Positions 19,004 to 29,229 are shown, counted from the stretch's first letter. The stretch: DNA of 64,000 nt from Candidatus Latescibacterota bacterium (GCA_965215195.1 CBDCDC010000002.1:576001-640000), one strand, 5' to 3'. Notes: generated by a model from the sequence alone, not told the origin. A program made the numbers and translations.

Positions 19004-21073
19004 ATGACTAAACTCGAACGCGAAATAGGCGGGCGGGGTCTGTCGCTTGAAACGGGCAGAATCGCCAAGCAAGCCAACGGGGCCGTGTGGGTGCAATACG
19101 GGGAGACCGTAGTGCTCGTAACGGCCTGCCGGACCAACACTCCGGAGGACCGGGGCTTTTTGCCCTTGATCGTAGATTACCGGGAAAAGGCCTACGCTGG
19201 CGGCAAGATACCGGGCAACATCTTCAAGCGCGAAGGGCGTCCCTCCGAAAAGGAGACCCTGAGTGCCCGCTTAATAGATCACCCCATTCGGCCGATGTTT
19301 CCCAAGAAGTTCCCCTATGAGATCCAAGTCTATGTTTCGGTGCTTTCGTACGACGGAGAAAACGACGCTGATGTCTTGGGTTTAATCGGGGCCTCGGCCG
19401 CCCTGAGCATCTCCGACATTCCCTTCGCCGGCCCCATGGGAGCCGTGCGGGTCGGGCGAATCAACGGCCAGTTCGTGGCCAATCCGACCTCGGCCGAGCT
19501 AGATGATTCCGATCTCGAAATCACAGTCTGCGGCACGGCCGATTCCATCGTCAGCGTCGAAGGGGGTGCCCGCGAAATTGCCGAGCAAGATCTGGTGGAT
19601 GCGCTGGCCTTTGGCCACGAGTGCATCGCCGAACTGGTCGAGCTGCAAGAGCAACTCGTCGCCGAAGTTGGCAAGGAGAAAATTGCCATCGAGACTGAGG
19701 AAGCCGATCCCGAACTGGTCCGTGCCGTGGCCGAGCTGGCGCAAGAGCGGATCGCCGAGGCCAACAGAAGCCCGCGCAAAGAAGAGCGGCAAGAGCGCAT
19801 CGACGCGATTAATGCCGATGTCTTGGAGTGCTTGGCCGAGCGCTTCCCAGACGCGGAAAAGCTCATCCGAGCCGAGCTGGAGGCGCTGCTCAAAGCCGAC
19901 ATGCGCACCATGATCCTCGAGGAGAAGCGGCGCATTGACGGCCGTGCGCTCAACGCGGTGCGCGATGTCACCTGCGAGAGCACCGTACTGCCGCGGGTCC
20001 ACGGCTCGGCGCTGTTTACTCGTGGGCAGACGCAAGCGCTGTGCGTGGCAACGCTGGGCATCAAGATCGACGAGCGCATGGCCGACGACCTGCAGGGCAA
20101 GCGGTTTAAGTCCTATTACTTGGATTACAACTTCCCCCCGTATTCGGTCGGCGAAGTGCGCTTTGAGCGCGGTCCGGGACGGCGGGATATCGGCCATGGC
20201 CATCTGGCCGAGCGCGCCCTAGAGCCGGTCATCCCATCGGTCGAGTGCTTTCCCTATACGATTCGGTTGGTGTCCGATATTACCGAGTCGAGCAGCTCCA
20301 GTTCTATGGCTACGGTGTGTGGCTGCTCCTTAGCCTTGATGGACGCCGGCATTCCCGTCAAAACTGCGGTGTGCGGCACGGGCGTGGGCCTAGTCAAGGA
20401 AGGGGACCAGTACGAGCTGTTGACCGACATCCGCGACGCCGAAGATTTTCTCGGCGACATGGACCTCAAGGTCGCCGGCACCAAGGACGGGATTACCGCG
20501 ATCCAGATGGACATCAAGATCCAGGGCTTGCAGCTAGACATTTTCAAGGAAGCCCTCGACCGCGCCAAAGAGGGCCGCGACAAGGTGTTGGCCCTTATGA
20601 ACGAATGCCTGAGCGCGGCGCGGCCCGATCTTTCGCGCTGGGCACCGCGCATTGAGTTTGTCAAGATCGCCCAGAGCAAAATCGGCGCGGTCATCGGCCC
20701 GGGTGGCAAAACCATCCGCGAGATCGAAAAGACCGGTGCTGCGGTCAATGTCGATGAAGACGGCACGATTACCATTTCCTCGGTTGAAGCTGGCCCGGCC
20801 GCAGAGGCGCGGCGCATGATTGAGGGGATCACGGCCGACGCCGAGGTCGGCAAGGAATACGACGGGGTGGTCAAGCGGGTCATGCCCTTTGGGGCCTTCG
20901 TCGAGATTCTACCCGGCAAGGAGGGCCTGTTGCACATCTCCGAGCTGGCGCATCGGCGCGTGGACAAGGTCGAGGACATCGTCGGGCAAGGGGACACTAT
21001 CGCCGTCAAGGTCCTCGAAATCGACACCGGCGGCAAGATGCGGCTCAGCCACAAGGCCCTGCTAAAGAAGTAG
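19004..21073 (+). CDS. pnp: Polyribonucleotide nucleotidyltransferase
   Basis: KREGRPSEKE, HGSALFTRGQTQ, GDMDLKVAG, KH and S1 domains. Confidence 0.98.
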   Translation: MTKLEREIGGRGLSLETGRIAKQANGAVWVQYGETVVLVTACRTNTPEDRGFLPLIVDYREKAYAGGKIPGNIFKREGRPSEKETLSARLIDHPIRPMFPKKFPYEIQVYVSVLSYDGENDADVLGLIGASAALSISDIPFAGPMGAVRVGRINGQFVANPTSAELDDSDLEITVCGTADSIVSVEGGAREIAEQDLVDALAFGHECIAELVELQEQLVAEVGKEKIAIETEEADPELVRAVAELAQERIAEANRSPRKEERQERIDAINADVLECLAERFPDAEKLIRAELEALLKADMRTMILEEKRRIDGRALNAVRDVTCESTVLPRVHGSALFTRGQTQALCVATLGIKIDERMADDLQGKRFKSYYLDYNFPPYSVGEVRFERGPGRRDIGHGHLAERALEPVIPSVECFPYTIRLVSDITESSSSSSMATVCGCSLALMDAGIPVKTAVCGTGVGLVKEGDQYELLTDIRDAEDFLGDMDLKVAGTKDGITAIQMDIKIQGLQLDIFKEALDRAKEGRDKVLALMNECLSAARPDLSRWAPRIEFVKIAQSKIGAVIGPGGKTIREIEKTGAAVNVDEDGTITISSVEAGPAAEARRMIEGITADAEVGKEYDGVVKRVMPFGAFVEILPGKEGLLHISELAHRRVDKVEDIVGQGDTIAVKVLEIDTGGKMRLSHKALLKK

Positions 21074-21099
21074 GTGCCGGTCTTGAGTCAGGGTATGAG

Positions 21100-21133
21100 A
21101 AGGCTATCGAGTCTATCTCGATAGCCTTTTCTT
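21100..21133 (+). terminator. Intrinsic terminator after pnp
   Basis: AAGGCTATCGAG-TCTAT-CTCGATAGCCTT followed by Ts. Confidence 0.85.
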
Positions 21134-21225
21134 ATGTATGGATAAAGCCGACAGCATTTTAAGGGTACAATGCGAGATTCGACATCAAACCAATTTCTTC
21201 TTGGACTTGCATAGGGATTTTTGCT

Positions 21226-22518
21226 ATGGAGTCGATTCAGGTAGCTGATATCGGCCGCTATGAGGGCCGAGAAGTGGTGCTGCGCGGTTGGCTGTACAAC
21301 AAGCGCTCGAGCGGCAAGCTGCATTTTCTGCAACTGCGCGACGGCAGCGGCGTGGTGCAATGCGTTGTTTTTAAGGGGGATGTCGAGGCCGAGCTATTCG
21401 AGCGCTGCGATCGCTTGCCCCAAGAATCTTCGCTGGTAGTCCGCGGCCAAGTGCGGCGGGAGGCGCGTGCGCCCATCGGCTATGAGGTGGGGGTCCGCCA
21501 CCTCGACGTCGTGCAGGAGGCCGAGCTATATCCCATCGCGCCCAAGGAACACGGGGTGTCCTTTCTCCTCGACCACCGCCACTTGTGGCTGCGGTCTATG
21601 CGGCCTGGGGCCATTCTCAAGGTCCGCAGCGAAATTTGCAAGGCCTGCCGCGACTTCATGGAAGCGCGGGACTTTGTGCTCGTGGATGCGCCGATTTTTA
21701 CGCCCGCGGCCTGCGAGGGGACCTCGACCCTGTTCGAGACCGCGTATTTCGACGACACGGCTTACTTGACCCAGAGCGGCCAGCTCTATATGGAAGCGGC
21801 CGCCATGGCCTTGGGCAAGGTCTATTGTTTTGGCCCGACGTTTCGCGCTGAAAAATCCAAGACCCGCCGGCACCTGACCGAGTTCTGGATGATTGAGCCG
21901 GAGATGGCGTATTGCGATTTGGAGGGGGCCATGGCCTTGGCCGAGGACATGGTCCTGTACGTGCTCGACCGCGTGCTCGACCGCCGCCGCGAAGAGCTAA
22001 AGCACCTCGACCGCGATACCGCCAAGCTGGAACGGGTCGGGCGGCCCTTTCCGCGCCTGACCTACGATGAGGCTGTCGAGCGCTTGGCAGCCCTAGGGAG
22101 CGACATTGCATGGGGGAGCGATTTGGGTGGGGACGACGAAACCGTCCTCGCCTCCGAGTTCGAGTCGCCAGTTTTCGTCCACCGCTATCCCAGCGCGGTC
22201 AAAGCGTTTTACATGAAGGAAGATGCCCAAGACCGCCGCTTAGCCCTGTGCATGGACCTTTTGGCACCCGAAGGGTACGGGGAAATCATCGGGGGCGGGC
22301 AACGCGAAGACGACCTCGCTGTCTTGCAGCACAAAATTGCTGTGCATCAGTTGCCCCAAGAGGCCTTTAGCTGGTATCTCGACTTGCGGCGCTACGGCTC
22401 GGTTGAGCACGCCGGTTTTGGCATGGGAATCGAGCGAGTGGTCGCTTGGTTGTGCGGCGTCAAGCATGTGCGCGAGACCATTCCATTTCCGCGCATGATG
22501 CAGCGTCTCTATCCATAA
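21226..22518 (+). CDS. asnS: Asparaginyl-tRNA synthetase
   Basis: [46 protein letters not shown]. Confidence 0.96.
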   Translation: MESIQVADIGRYEGREVVLRGWLYNKRSSGKLHFLQLRDGSGVVQCVVFKGDVEAELFERCDRLPQESSLVVRGQVRREARAPIGYEVGVRHLDVVQEAELYPIAPKEHGVSFLLDHRHLWLRSMRPGAILKVRSEICKACRDFMEARDFVLVDAPIFTPAACEGTSTLFETAYFDDTAYLTQSGQLYMEAAAMALGKVYCFGPTFRAEKSKTRRHLTEFWMIEPEMAYCDLEGAMALAEDMVLYVLDRVLDRRREELKHLDRDTAKLERVGRPFPRLTYDEAVERLAALGSDIAWGSDLGGDDETVLASEFESPVFVHRYPSAVKAFYMKEDAQDRRLALCMDLLAPEGYGEIIGGGQREDDLAVLQHKIAVHQLPQEAFSWYLDLRRYGSVEHAGFGMGIERVVAWLCGVKHVRETIPFPRMMQRLYP

Positions 22519-22546
22519 ATGTCTTATAAGGATGATTATGTCAATC
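22519..22546 (+). other. dif-like site S1
   Basis: ATGTCTTATAA-GGATGA-TTATGTCAATC; fills the asnS/leuS gap and overlaps the leuS ATG. Confidence 0.6.
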
Positions 22547-25420
22547 AAAAAAAAAGGCCAATACAATTTCCAAGCCATCGAAACCAAATGGCGATCTCAC
22601 TGGGCGCAGGAGAAGACCTATCAAACGCTGGGACCGGGGGATCCCGGCTTCGATAACAGCAAACCCAAGTGCTACATCCTCGATATGTTTCCCTATTCAA
22701 GCGGCGCCGGGTTGCACATCGGCCATCCCAAAGGGTATATCGCCAGCGACATTTACAGCCGCTACAAAAGGATGTGGGGGTTTAACGTCCTGCACCCGAT
22801 GGGGTTCGACAGTTTTGGATTGCCGGCCGAGCAATACGCCATCGAACACAATGTCCATCCAGCGACCTTTACCGAGCAGAATATCGCTGCGATGCGCAGC
22901 CAATTGCAGTTTCTCGGGCTGTCGTTTGACTGGGCTCGCGAAGTGGTCACGTCGCGGCCGTCGTATTACCGCTGGACGCAGTGGATTTTCGCCCAACTCT
23001 TCGATAGCTATTTCGACGCAGACGAAATCTGGGAAGACGGCAATGGACGCCAAATAAAGGGGCGGACCAAGCCCATCGCCGACTTAGAGGCGCAATTTGC
23101 GGCCGGCCGGGCCTTGTCGGCCACAGATCGCCAAGTTCTTGGCAGCGACGCGGTTTGGTCTGCACTAACCGAGGCCGAGCACCAAACGGTGCTGAATAAC
23201 TACCGGCTGGCGTACCAGCAAGAGGCTGTCGTCAACTGGTGCCCTCGCTTGGGCACTGTGTTGGCCAACGAGGAGGTGACCAGCGAGGGCCGCAGCGAGC
23301 GGGGCAATTTTCCCGTGTATCGCAAACCGTTGCGGCAATGGACGATGCGCATAACAGCCTACGCCGAGCGGCTCTTAGAGGACTTGGACCTTGAACTGGA
23401 AGACCGCGCTGGCGAGCCCTTCCGGATCGATTGGCCAGAACCCATCAAGCGGATGCAGCGCAACTGGATCGGCCGCAGCGAAGGGGCTGAAGTGCGCTTC
23501 GATGTCCTCGATCCGCAAAGCGACGTGGTCGCCGCGCAGTTGCCCGTGTTCACCACCCGGCCCGACACGCTCTTTGGGGCGACTTTTATGGCCATTGCCC
23601 CTCAGCATCCGCTGGTAGATCCTGCCAAAGAATCCTACTTGGTCCCCAAGGCTTGGCCCGACGGGACGCCCGAACAGTGGAAGGGGGGAGGGGACCTCAT
23701 CCGGGAAGCCGTAGCCCAGTACGTAGCTCAAACGGCCGTCTCCACCGCGGATGAAACCAAGGAAAAAACGGGCATTTTCTCCGGCATCTACGCCCGCAAT
23801 CCGGTCAATGGACAAAAAATCCCCATTTTCGTCGCCGACTACGTCAGCATGGACTACGGCGCGGGAGCCATTATGGCGGTGCCGGCCCACGACGAGCGCG
23901 ACTTTGCCTTCGCCATCACGTATAACTTGGATATTGTGCGGGTGGTTGATGGGGGGGAAGGGGAGGCCGCAGGGTGGTATGCCGGGGAGGGAATCGCCAT
24001 CAATTCGCCTTCAGTACTCGCCAGCGATAGTCCATACACCATTAACGGATTGGCGACGGCCGCGGCCAAAGACCAGATCGTCGCTGCACTCGCTGCCCAA
24101 GGGCGAGGCCAAGCTGCGGTAAACTACAAACTGCGCGACTGGACCTTTGCTCGGCAGCGCTATTGGGGAGAACCCTTTCCACTGGCCACGCATCCCGATG
24201 GATATTCCGTCAAAGTCACGCCTCCGGTGGCGCTACCGGCACTAGAGGACTTCAGGCCGGAGACCTCGGATGACCCCGCCCAACCCGTTTCTCCGCCGCT
24301 GCACCGGGCCGGAGCGGAGTGGACGACGGTGGAAATTGACGGGGTGGCCTGCCAACGCGATCTCAACGTCATGCCCCAATGGGCCGGTTCTTGCTGGTAC
24401 TATCTCCGCTTTATCGATCCGCACAACGAAGAAGCCTTCTGCGACCCGGCCAAGGAGGGCTACTTCATGCCCGTTGATCTCTACATCGGCGGTGCGGAAC
24501 ACGCGGTGTTGCACTTGCTCTACGCCCGGTTTTGGCACAAGGCCCTCTACGACTTAGGCCACGTATCCACGCCCGAGCCGTTTAAGAAGCTGTTCAATCA
24601 AGGCATGATGACCGCGGATGCCTTTCAGGACGAGCGCGGCGTGTATATCGACATTCGGGAGGTTGAGTTCCGCGACGGGGAGCCTGTTGAGAAGGGGACG
24701 GGCAAGACGCTGCATCGGTCTTCTGGCAAGATGGGCAAACGCTACAAAAACGGATTGCCGCCCGAAGAAGTCGGCGAGGAATTTGGCGTGGATACCCTGC
24801 GGCTGTACGAAATGTACATGGGGCCGCTCGAAGCGAGTGCGCCGTGGAGCATGGAAGGCATTCGCGGGATGCAGCGCTTTTTGCAGCGCATTTGGCGCAA
24901 CTTTGTCGATTCGGATCGACAGGTGAAAATAGGGGAGAGTGCTGCGTTAGTGCCGGAGTTGGAACGCAAGCTGCACCAAACCATCCAAAAGGTAACTGAG
25001 GACATAGAAGGGCTGCGGTTTAATACGGCTATTGCCACCTTGATCGAGCTAAACAACCTGTTGGTCCCCTTGGACGAGGTGCCGCAGGCCGTCGCCAAGC
25101 CCTTCTTGCTCTTGCTCGCGCCCTTTGCTCCGCATATTGCCGAGGAGCTATGGGAGTTGGCGAATTTTGGGAAGGGAGACCTCAATCGTCAGAGCTGGCC
25201 TGACTGGGATGCCGCAAAAGCCGCCGAGGACATGATCGTAGTGCCCATTCAGGTCAACGGCAAAATGCGCGGACAAGTCGAAGTGCCGGTCCACACCGGA
25301 GAGGACGAGATAAAGTCCTTGGTGCTCGCCATGGCGAGCATCCGCAAATACGTGGCCGATGAAACGGCGATAAAGCGGTTTATATGGGTGCCGGATAGAA
25401 TCGTCAATATCGTGGTGTAG
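22538..25420 (+). CDS. leuS: Leucyl-tRNA synthetase
   Basis: MFPYSSGAGLHIGH, FTTRPDT editing domain, GGAEHAVLHLLYARF, KMGKR; start could be 22532. Confidence 0.97.
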   Translation: MSIKKKGQYNFQAIETKWRSHWAQEKTYQTLGPGDPGFDNSKPKCYILDMFPYSSGAGLHIGHPKGYIASDIYSRYKRMWGFNVLHPMGFDSFGLPAEQYAIEHNVHPATFTEQNIAAMRSQLQFLGLSFDWAREVVTSRPSYYRWTQWIFAQLFDSYFDADEIWEDGNGRQIKGRTKPIADLEAQFAAGRALSATDRQVLGSDAVWSALTEAEHQTVLNNYRLAYQQEAVVNWCPRLGTVLANEEVTSEGRSERGNFPVYRKPLRQWTMRITAYAERLLEDLDLELEDRAGEPFRIDWPEPIKRMQRNWIGRSEGAEVRFDVLDPQSDVVAAQLPVFTTRPDTLFGATFMAIAPQHPLVDPAKESYLVPKAWPDGTPEQWKGGGDLIREAVAQYVAQTAVSTADETKEKTGIFSGIYARNPVNGQKIPIFVADYVSMDYGAGAIMAVPAHDERDFAFAITYNLDIVRVVDGGEGEAAGWYAGEGIAINSPSVLASDSPYTINGLATAAAKDQIVAALAAQGRGQAAVNYKLRDWTFARQRYWGEPFPLATHPDGYSVKVTPPVALPALEDFRPETSDDPAQPVSPPLHRAGAEWTTVEIDGVACQRDLNVMPQWAGSCWYYLRFIDPHNEEAFCDPAKEGYFMPVDLYIGGAEHAVLHLLYARFWHKALYDLGHVSTPEPFKKLFNQGMMTADAFQDERGVYIDIREVEFRDGEPVEKGTGKTLHRSSGKMGKRYKNGLPPEEVGEEFGVDTLRLYEMYMGPLEASAPWSMEGIRGMQRFLQRIWRNFVDSDRQVKIGESAALVPELERKLHQTIQKVTEDIEGLRFNTAIATLIELNNLLVPLDEVPQAVAKPFLLLLAPFAPHIAEELWELANFGKGDLNRQSWPDWDAAKAAEDMIVVPIQVNGKMRGQVEVPVHTGEDEIKSLVLAMASIRKYVADETAIKRFIWVPDRIVNIVV

Positions 25421-25442
25421 GAGGTAAGTGTGCGGCGATAAT

Positions 25443-25470
25443 AAGTCTTATAAAATTTTTTATGTAAATA
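25443..25470 (+). other. dif-like site S2
   Basis: AAGTCTTATAA-AATTTT-TTATGTAAATA; right arm resembles the XerD arm of B. subtilis dif (TTATGTAAACT). Confidence 0.7.
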
Positions 25471-25492
25471 AAAAACAAAGACAAAAAACCCC

Positions 25493-26473
25493 TCAGCTAC
25501 CAATACCAATCCTAATATAATCCGACGCATTATCGAGCAGTTTATCGCGGTTCTCGTAGTAGCGCATGGTCGTCTTTAGATCCTTGTGGCGCAAATGGGC
25601 TTGCACCTGCTGGGGCTTGGCCCCGCCTTCAATCGCCAAGGTGCAGCAGGTGTGGCGGAACATGTGCGCGGTGACGTTTTGGGGGAGGCCGGCGCGCAGG
25701 GCGTACTTCTTGACGATGTGATTTACCGACTGATCGGTTAGTGGCTGGCCGCGAGACTGGTTGCGCGACAGGCTGATGAAAACCTTGCCCGTCGTCGGCA
25801 AGCCCGCTGCTCGTAGTTGTTGTTTGTATAGTTCGAGATGATGCAGGACGACGCTTTGCAGTTTGATTTCCTGCGCCATGCCCGATTTAGTCTGGGGCAG
25901 GTGCAAAATGTAAAAGACGCCCTCCAAAGATATATCCTCCCAAGCGACGCCCGCCACTTCGGAGCGGCGCAGCCCACCGAAAGTGAGCAACTGAAACATA
26001 GCCGCATCGCGCGTACGGACCAAGTCGTCTTTTTCCTCGGCAATGGCTTGCTGGATCTTGTTCAGCACCTGATTGGAAAGTGCTTTGCCGGCCAGCGTTT
26101 CATCTACCTTGTAACCGCGCACCAAGGTGGAGTCGGCGGGATTTTTCTCGATGTGGCCCAAGGCGACCAACATCTTGAAGAACGACTTTAGGCTGGATAA
26201 TTTTCTGTTGATGCTGCTGCGCTTGTAACCTTCGCTGGCGAGTTGGTTTCTAAAGGCGACCACGTGCTCAAAGGTGATTGACTGCAAGACAGCGAGGGAC
26301 ACTTTATCCAGTTCCAAGCCGATAGATAAAAAGAAATGCTGGAGATCGGCGTAATAGGCACGCCGGGTGCGCTCGCTGAGCTGGCCGCTGAGAAATTGTT
26401 CCAAAGGATCGTCTGACGCCACCGCGGGTGTTGGCGTCAGACTGCGGACGACCGGAGTGAGTGTGCGGCTCAT
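25493..26473 (-). CDS. Xer-like tyrosine recombinase
   Basis: SAM-like N-domain (TRRAYYADL, SINRKLSSLKSFF); catalytic R (GLRRSE), K (TKSG), HMFRH, HLRH, Y (MRYY). Confidence 0.93.
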   Translation of the reverse strand: MSRTLTPVVRSLTPTPAVASDDPLEQFLSGQLSERTRRAYYADLQHFFLSIGLELDKVSLAVLQSITFEHVVAFRNQLASEGYKRSSINRKLSSLKSFFKMLVALGHIEKNPADSTLVRGYKVDETLAGKALSNQVLNKIQQAIAEEKDDLVRTRDAAMFQLLTFGGLRRSEVAGVAWEDISLEGVFYILHLPQTKSGMAQEIKLQSVVLHHLELYKQQLRAAGLPTTGKVFISLSRNQSRGQPLTDQSVNHIVKKYALRAGLPQNVTAHMFRHTCCTLAIEGGAKPQQVQAHLRHKDLKTTMRYYENRDKLLDNASDYIRIGIGS

Positions 26474-26596
26474 TGAATATGCTTACAGGGGCTAAAGGTC
26501 TGAGGCATTAAATATCCGGGATGTTCTTAACAGTGGCTAAAGAATAGAGTAAATATAGCGAACATCGCGGCATTTTGCTGTCGATTCGCCTAGACA

Positions 26597-26632
26597 TTAT
26601 ACTACCGATAACAGGCATTATCGGTAGTATAA
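26597..26632. other. Perfect 15-6-15 palindrome, putative recombination/binding site of the adjacent recombinase
   Basis: TTATACTACCGATAA-CAGGCA-TTATCGGTAGTATAA. Confidence 0.75.
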
Positions 26633-26654
26633 ATCGTAAAAAAATAAAAGTCAA
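26626..26654 (-). promoter_or_regulatory. Sigma70 promoter of the recombinase, overlapping the palindrome
   Basis: TTGACT-17 bp-TATACT on the minus strand. Confidence 0.7.
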
Positions 26655-26893
26655 TGAGAGCGAGACAAAGACATGTAACGTCGGCTGGATTGGTCTGTTG
26701 GTGTTGGCCTTGGTTTCGGTGTGGCGTGGTTTCCTTGGCGGCGCGTCAGCTTCTCGCTGCGTCAAGGCATCGAACTGTCATACAAATATGCCTCCAACGT
26801 TCCGCCGAAGCCCGAACTTGACCATTCACATAGGTTTTCCTTGGGCGTTCCGTCTATGCGCCTACTTGCGCTCGTCCATTTTTAGTTGCAGCC

Positions 26894-28666
26894 CTATAAC
26901 TTCTGCAACAAACGCTCCATATCGCGCAACTTCATCCGCGCCATGATCGGCTTGTCCGTCGGGCTTATGTGCGGCCGGTCAACCTTGAGCAATTCGTCGA
27001 TCAAATGCGCCATTGCCTCGGCGTTCAGTTTCTGCCCCTTCTTGATACTCGCTTTGCGCGCATAAGCCAAGACGAGTGCTTCGCGCCAAGATCGGCCCGA
27101 ATGCTGGCCATCGCGCACGTCGTTCAATAGCTGATAAAAAGCATCGCCTTCGCCAAAGCGATCCAATTCGGCGGGCATTGCCTCCACCAACACCGTCCGC
27201 GTACCAAAATCCCGCACGCCAAAGCCCAGCTTGGCAATGTCGGCCCGCACTTGCTCGAAGACCGCAAAATCCGCTGCGCCCATTTCTAGCTGGATGGGAA
27301 AGAGCAACTGCTGACTCTCGCCAGCCACGCCGTCCATTTGCGCCATGGCCCGATCGTAGTTGATGCGCTCGTGCGCGGCCTGCTGATCGACGAAGAGCAA
27401 GCCGTCGGCAACCTCGACGAGGATGTACTGGTTGTGGACCTGCCACATCGCGGCGTTTTCGACCAAGGCGACTTTGGCCGCGGCCGGGGCGACGAAGGTC
27501 AAGGCGAGTTCGTCGTCTGCACCGTGGGTTGCTGCTACCGCGGACTCGCCAGGTGCGGCCGGGCTGTGCAACACCGGCGACGCTGGTTCGCCCACGCGGG
27601 CCGTAGCACTGGGAGGTGTGCTGTCCGGCCGCATTGGGGCCGCAGCATAGACAAAGGATTGCACATCGGGCAGCCTGAGCTTCTGCCGGACGCTGTCTTC
27701 AATGGCCGCGATGACCTGCCCTTCGTTGGCCAAGCGAATCTCCCGCTTTGTCGGATGGACATTGACATCGATCTTCTTGGGATCCATATCGATCCAGAGC
27801 ATGAATACCGGATGGTGTCCTTCGGGCAGCAGCCCCTCAAAACACCGCTGTACAGCACTGGCCATCAGTCGCGAAGAAATGGGCCGCCCCTGTACGATGA
27901 GGTACTGCTTGCCCTTGCTCCGGCCGCAGTGCTCAGGACCAGCCAAGACGCCTTCGATTTTGAGGCCCTCTTCCTCATAAGCGAGATCCAACAGTTCGGC
28001 GGCTGGATCAGCCCGGCCTCGCATGCCCAACAACTCGGCCGCCCGCTCCCGACGAGGTGCCGGGGCGTAGCTCAATACTTGGTGCGCTTGGTGCGCTAGT
28101 TCAAAGCCAAGGGCCGGGTAACCGGCGGCTAAATGAATGATGGTCTGGGCCACGTGCCGGGCTTCCGCCTCGACGGAGCGGAGGAATTTGCGCCGCGCCG
28201 GCGTATTAAAAAACAAGTTCTTTACCGCGATAGTCGTGCCGCGTACGCGGCCCATGCTGTGCATCTCTCGCTCTATGCCCCCTTCCACGACCAAGCGCGT
28301 CCCGACTTCGTCTTGCTGGGTGCGCGATTCTATCGCCAAGTGAGCCACCGCCCCAATGCTGGCTAGCGCCTCGCCGCGAAATCCCAGCGTCTGAATGCGA
28401 AATAGGTCGGCCACCGAGGCCATCTTGCTCGTGGCATGACGGCGCACACACAAAGCGATATCCTCCCTGTTCATGCCCGATCCATCGTCGGTCACCACAA
28501 TCGACTGCTTGCCACCGGCCTTAATTTCCACGCGGATTTTAGCAGCGCCCGCATCGATCGAGTTTTCGACCAATTCCTTCACGACCGAGGCCGGCCGTTC
28601 CACCACCTCGCCAGCGGCAATTTTGCCAATGAGACTTTCGTCGAGAACGCGAATGGTACTCGCCAT
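26894..28666 (-). CDS. mutL: DNA mismatch repair endonuclease MutL
   Basis: IAAGEVVERPASVVKELVENSIDAG, GFRGEAL, DVNVHPTK, DQQAAHER. Confidence 0.97.
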   Translation of the reverse strand: MASTIRVLDESLIGKIAAGEVVERPASVVKELVENSIDAGAAKIRVEIKAGGKQSIVVTDDGSGMNREDIALCVRRHATSKMASVADLFRIQTLGFRGEALASIGAVAHLAIESRTQQDEVGTRLVVEGGIEREMHSMGRVRGTTIAVKNLFFNTPARRKFLRSVEAEARHVAQTIIHLAAGYPALGFELAHQAHQVLSYAPAPRRERAAELLGMRGRADPAAELLDLAYEEEGLKIEGVLAGPEHCGRSKGKQYLIVQGRPISSRLMASAVQRCFEGLLPEGHHPVFMLWIDMDPKKIDVNVHPTKREIRLANEGQVIAAIEDSVRQKLRLPDVQSFVYAAAPMRPDSTPPSATARVGEPASPVLHSPAAPGESAVAATHGADDELALTFVAPAAAKVALVENAAMWQVHNQYILVEVADGLLFVDQQAAHERINYDRAMAQMDGVAGESQQLLFPIQLEMGAADFAVFEQVRADIAKLGFGVRDFGTRTVLVEAMPAELDRFGEGDAFYQLLNDVRDGQHSGRSWREALVLAYARKASIKKGQKLNAEAMAHLIDELLKVDRPHISPTDKPIMARMKLRDMERLLQKL

Positions 28667-28672
28667 ATATCC

Positions 28673-29197
28673 TCACAACTCGGCCCAGAGCCGCTCGGCC
28701 TGCTGCCGGAATTCGGCTTGGGTAATTTTGCCTTGTTTGAGCGCGGTTTCCAAGTCGCGCAAGCGGCGGCGCGGCCCCCCGCCCCCTTTGAGATCCAGCC
28801 GTATTTGGGACCAGATGTGCCACCCCCCCACGCCGAGCAACAAGGCCATGAAGACCGCCCCTACCCACCACGAGGTATCTTGCTCGTGGCGCACCGCTCC
28901 CCCCTTTTGTCGCCAATCTTCGGCCACGGCTGGGTCAGGCTCGGCCAGCGCGATCCGCTTGGCCAGTGCCGCGCCGTTGGTCCCTTGGACGCGCACGGCC
29001 CTTTTGAGCTGCCAAGTAAATCCCCGGGGTTGCACGATTAGATACTCGATGAGATCGGCCTTTCTTATCTGATCGAACTGCTCCCTAGTAACCGGCACGA
29101 TCATTGGGCTGAGCATATTGAACAGCAACACGATTGCTAACAAGAAGCTCGCTAAGCCGAGAGCGAAGTATGTGGGCGGTGTGGATGACTTTTTCAT
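28673..29197 (-). CDS. Two-TM membrane protein with C-terminal SHOCT-like domain
   Basis: Two hydrophobic helices; LRDLETALKQGKITQAEFRQQ. Confidence 0.7.
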   Translation of the reverse strand: MKKSSTPPTYFALGLASFLLAIVLLFNMLSPMIVPVTREQFDQIRKADLIEYLIVQPRGFTWQLKRAVRVQGTNGAALAKRIALAEPDPAVAEDWRQKGGAVRHEQDTSWWVGAVFMALLLGVGGWHIWSQIRLDLKGGGGPRRRLRDLETALKQGKITQAEFRQQAERLWAEL

Positions 29198-29201
29198 TCT
29201 T

Positions 29202-29229
29202 TGTTTACATAAAAAATTTTATTGGACAT
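29202..29229 (-). other. dif-like site S3
   Basis: Minus strand ATGTCCAATAA-AATTTT-TTATGTAAACA; same spacer as S2, inverted. Confidence 0.7.

Noticed and set aside
20270-20480. PNPase ESNGSSS changed to ESSSSSS as inactivation
   Set aside because: The phosphate-binding serines and metal-binding Asp residues (EDFLGDMD) are retained.
25431-25458. Second overlapping ATAA-N6-TTAT site (TGCGGCGATAA TAAGTC TTATAAAATTT)
   Set aside because: Arises partly from the TTATAA symmetry inside S2, and its right arm does not fit the consensus.
25493-26473. Recombinase as a prophage or ICE integrase
   Set aside because: No cargo, no tRNA att duplication, and housekeeping genes on both sides.
26508-26946. 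ORFs 26508-26765(-) and 26575-26946(+)
   Set aside because: They cross the palindrome and promoter region, have no SD or recognisable motif, and are probably spurious.
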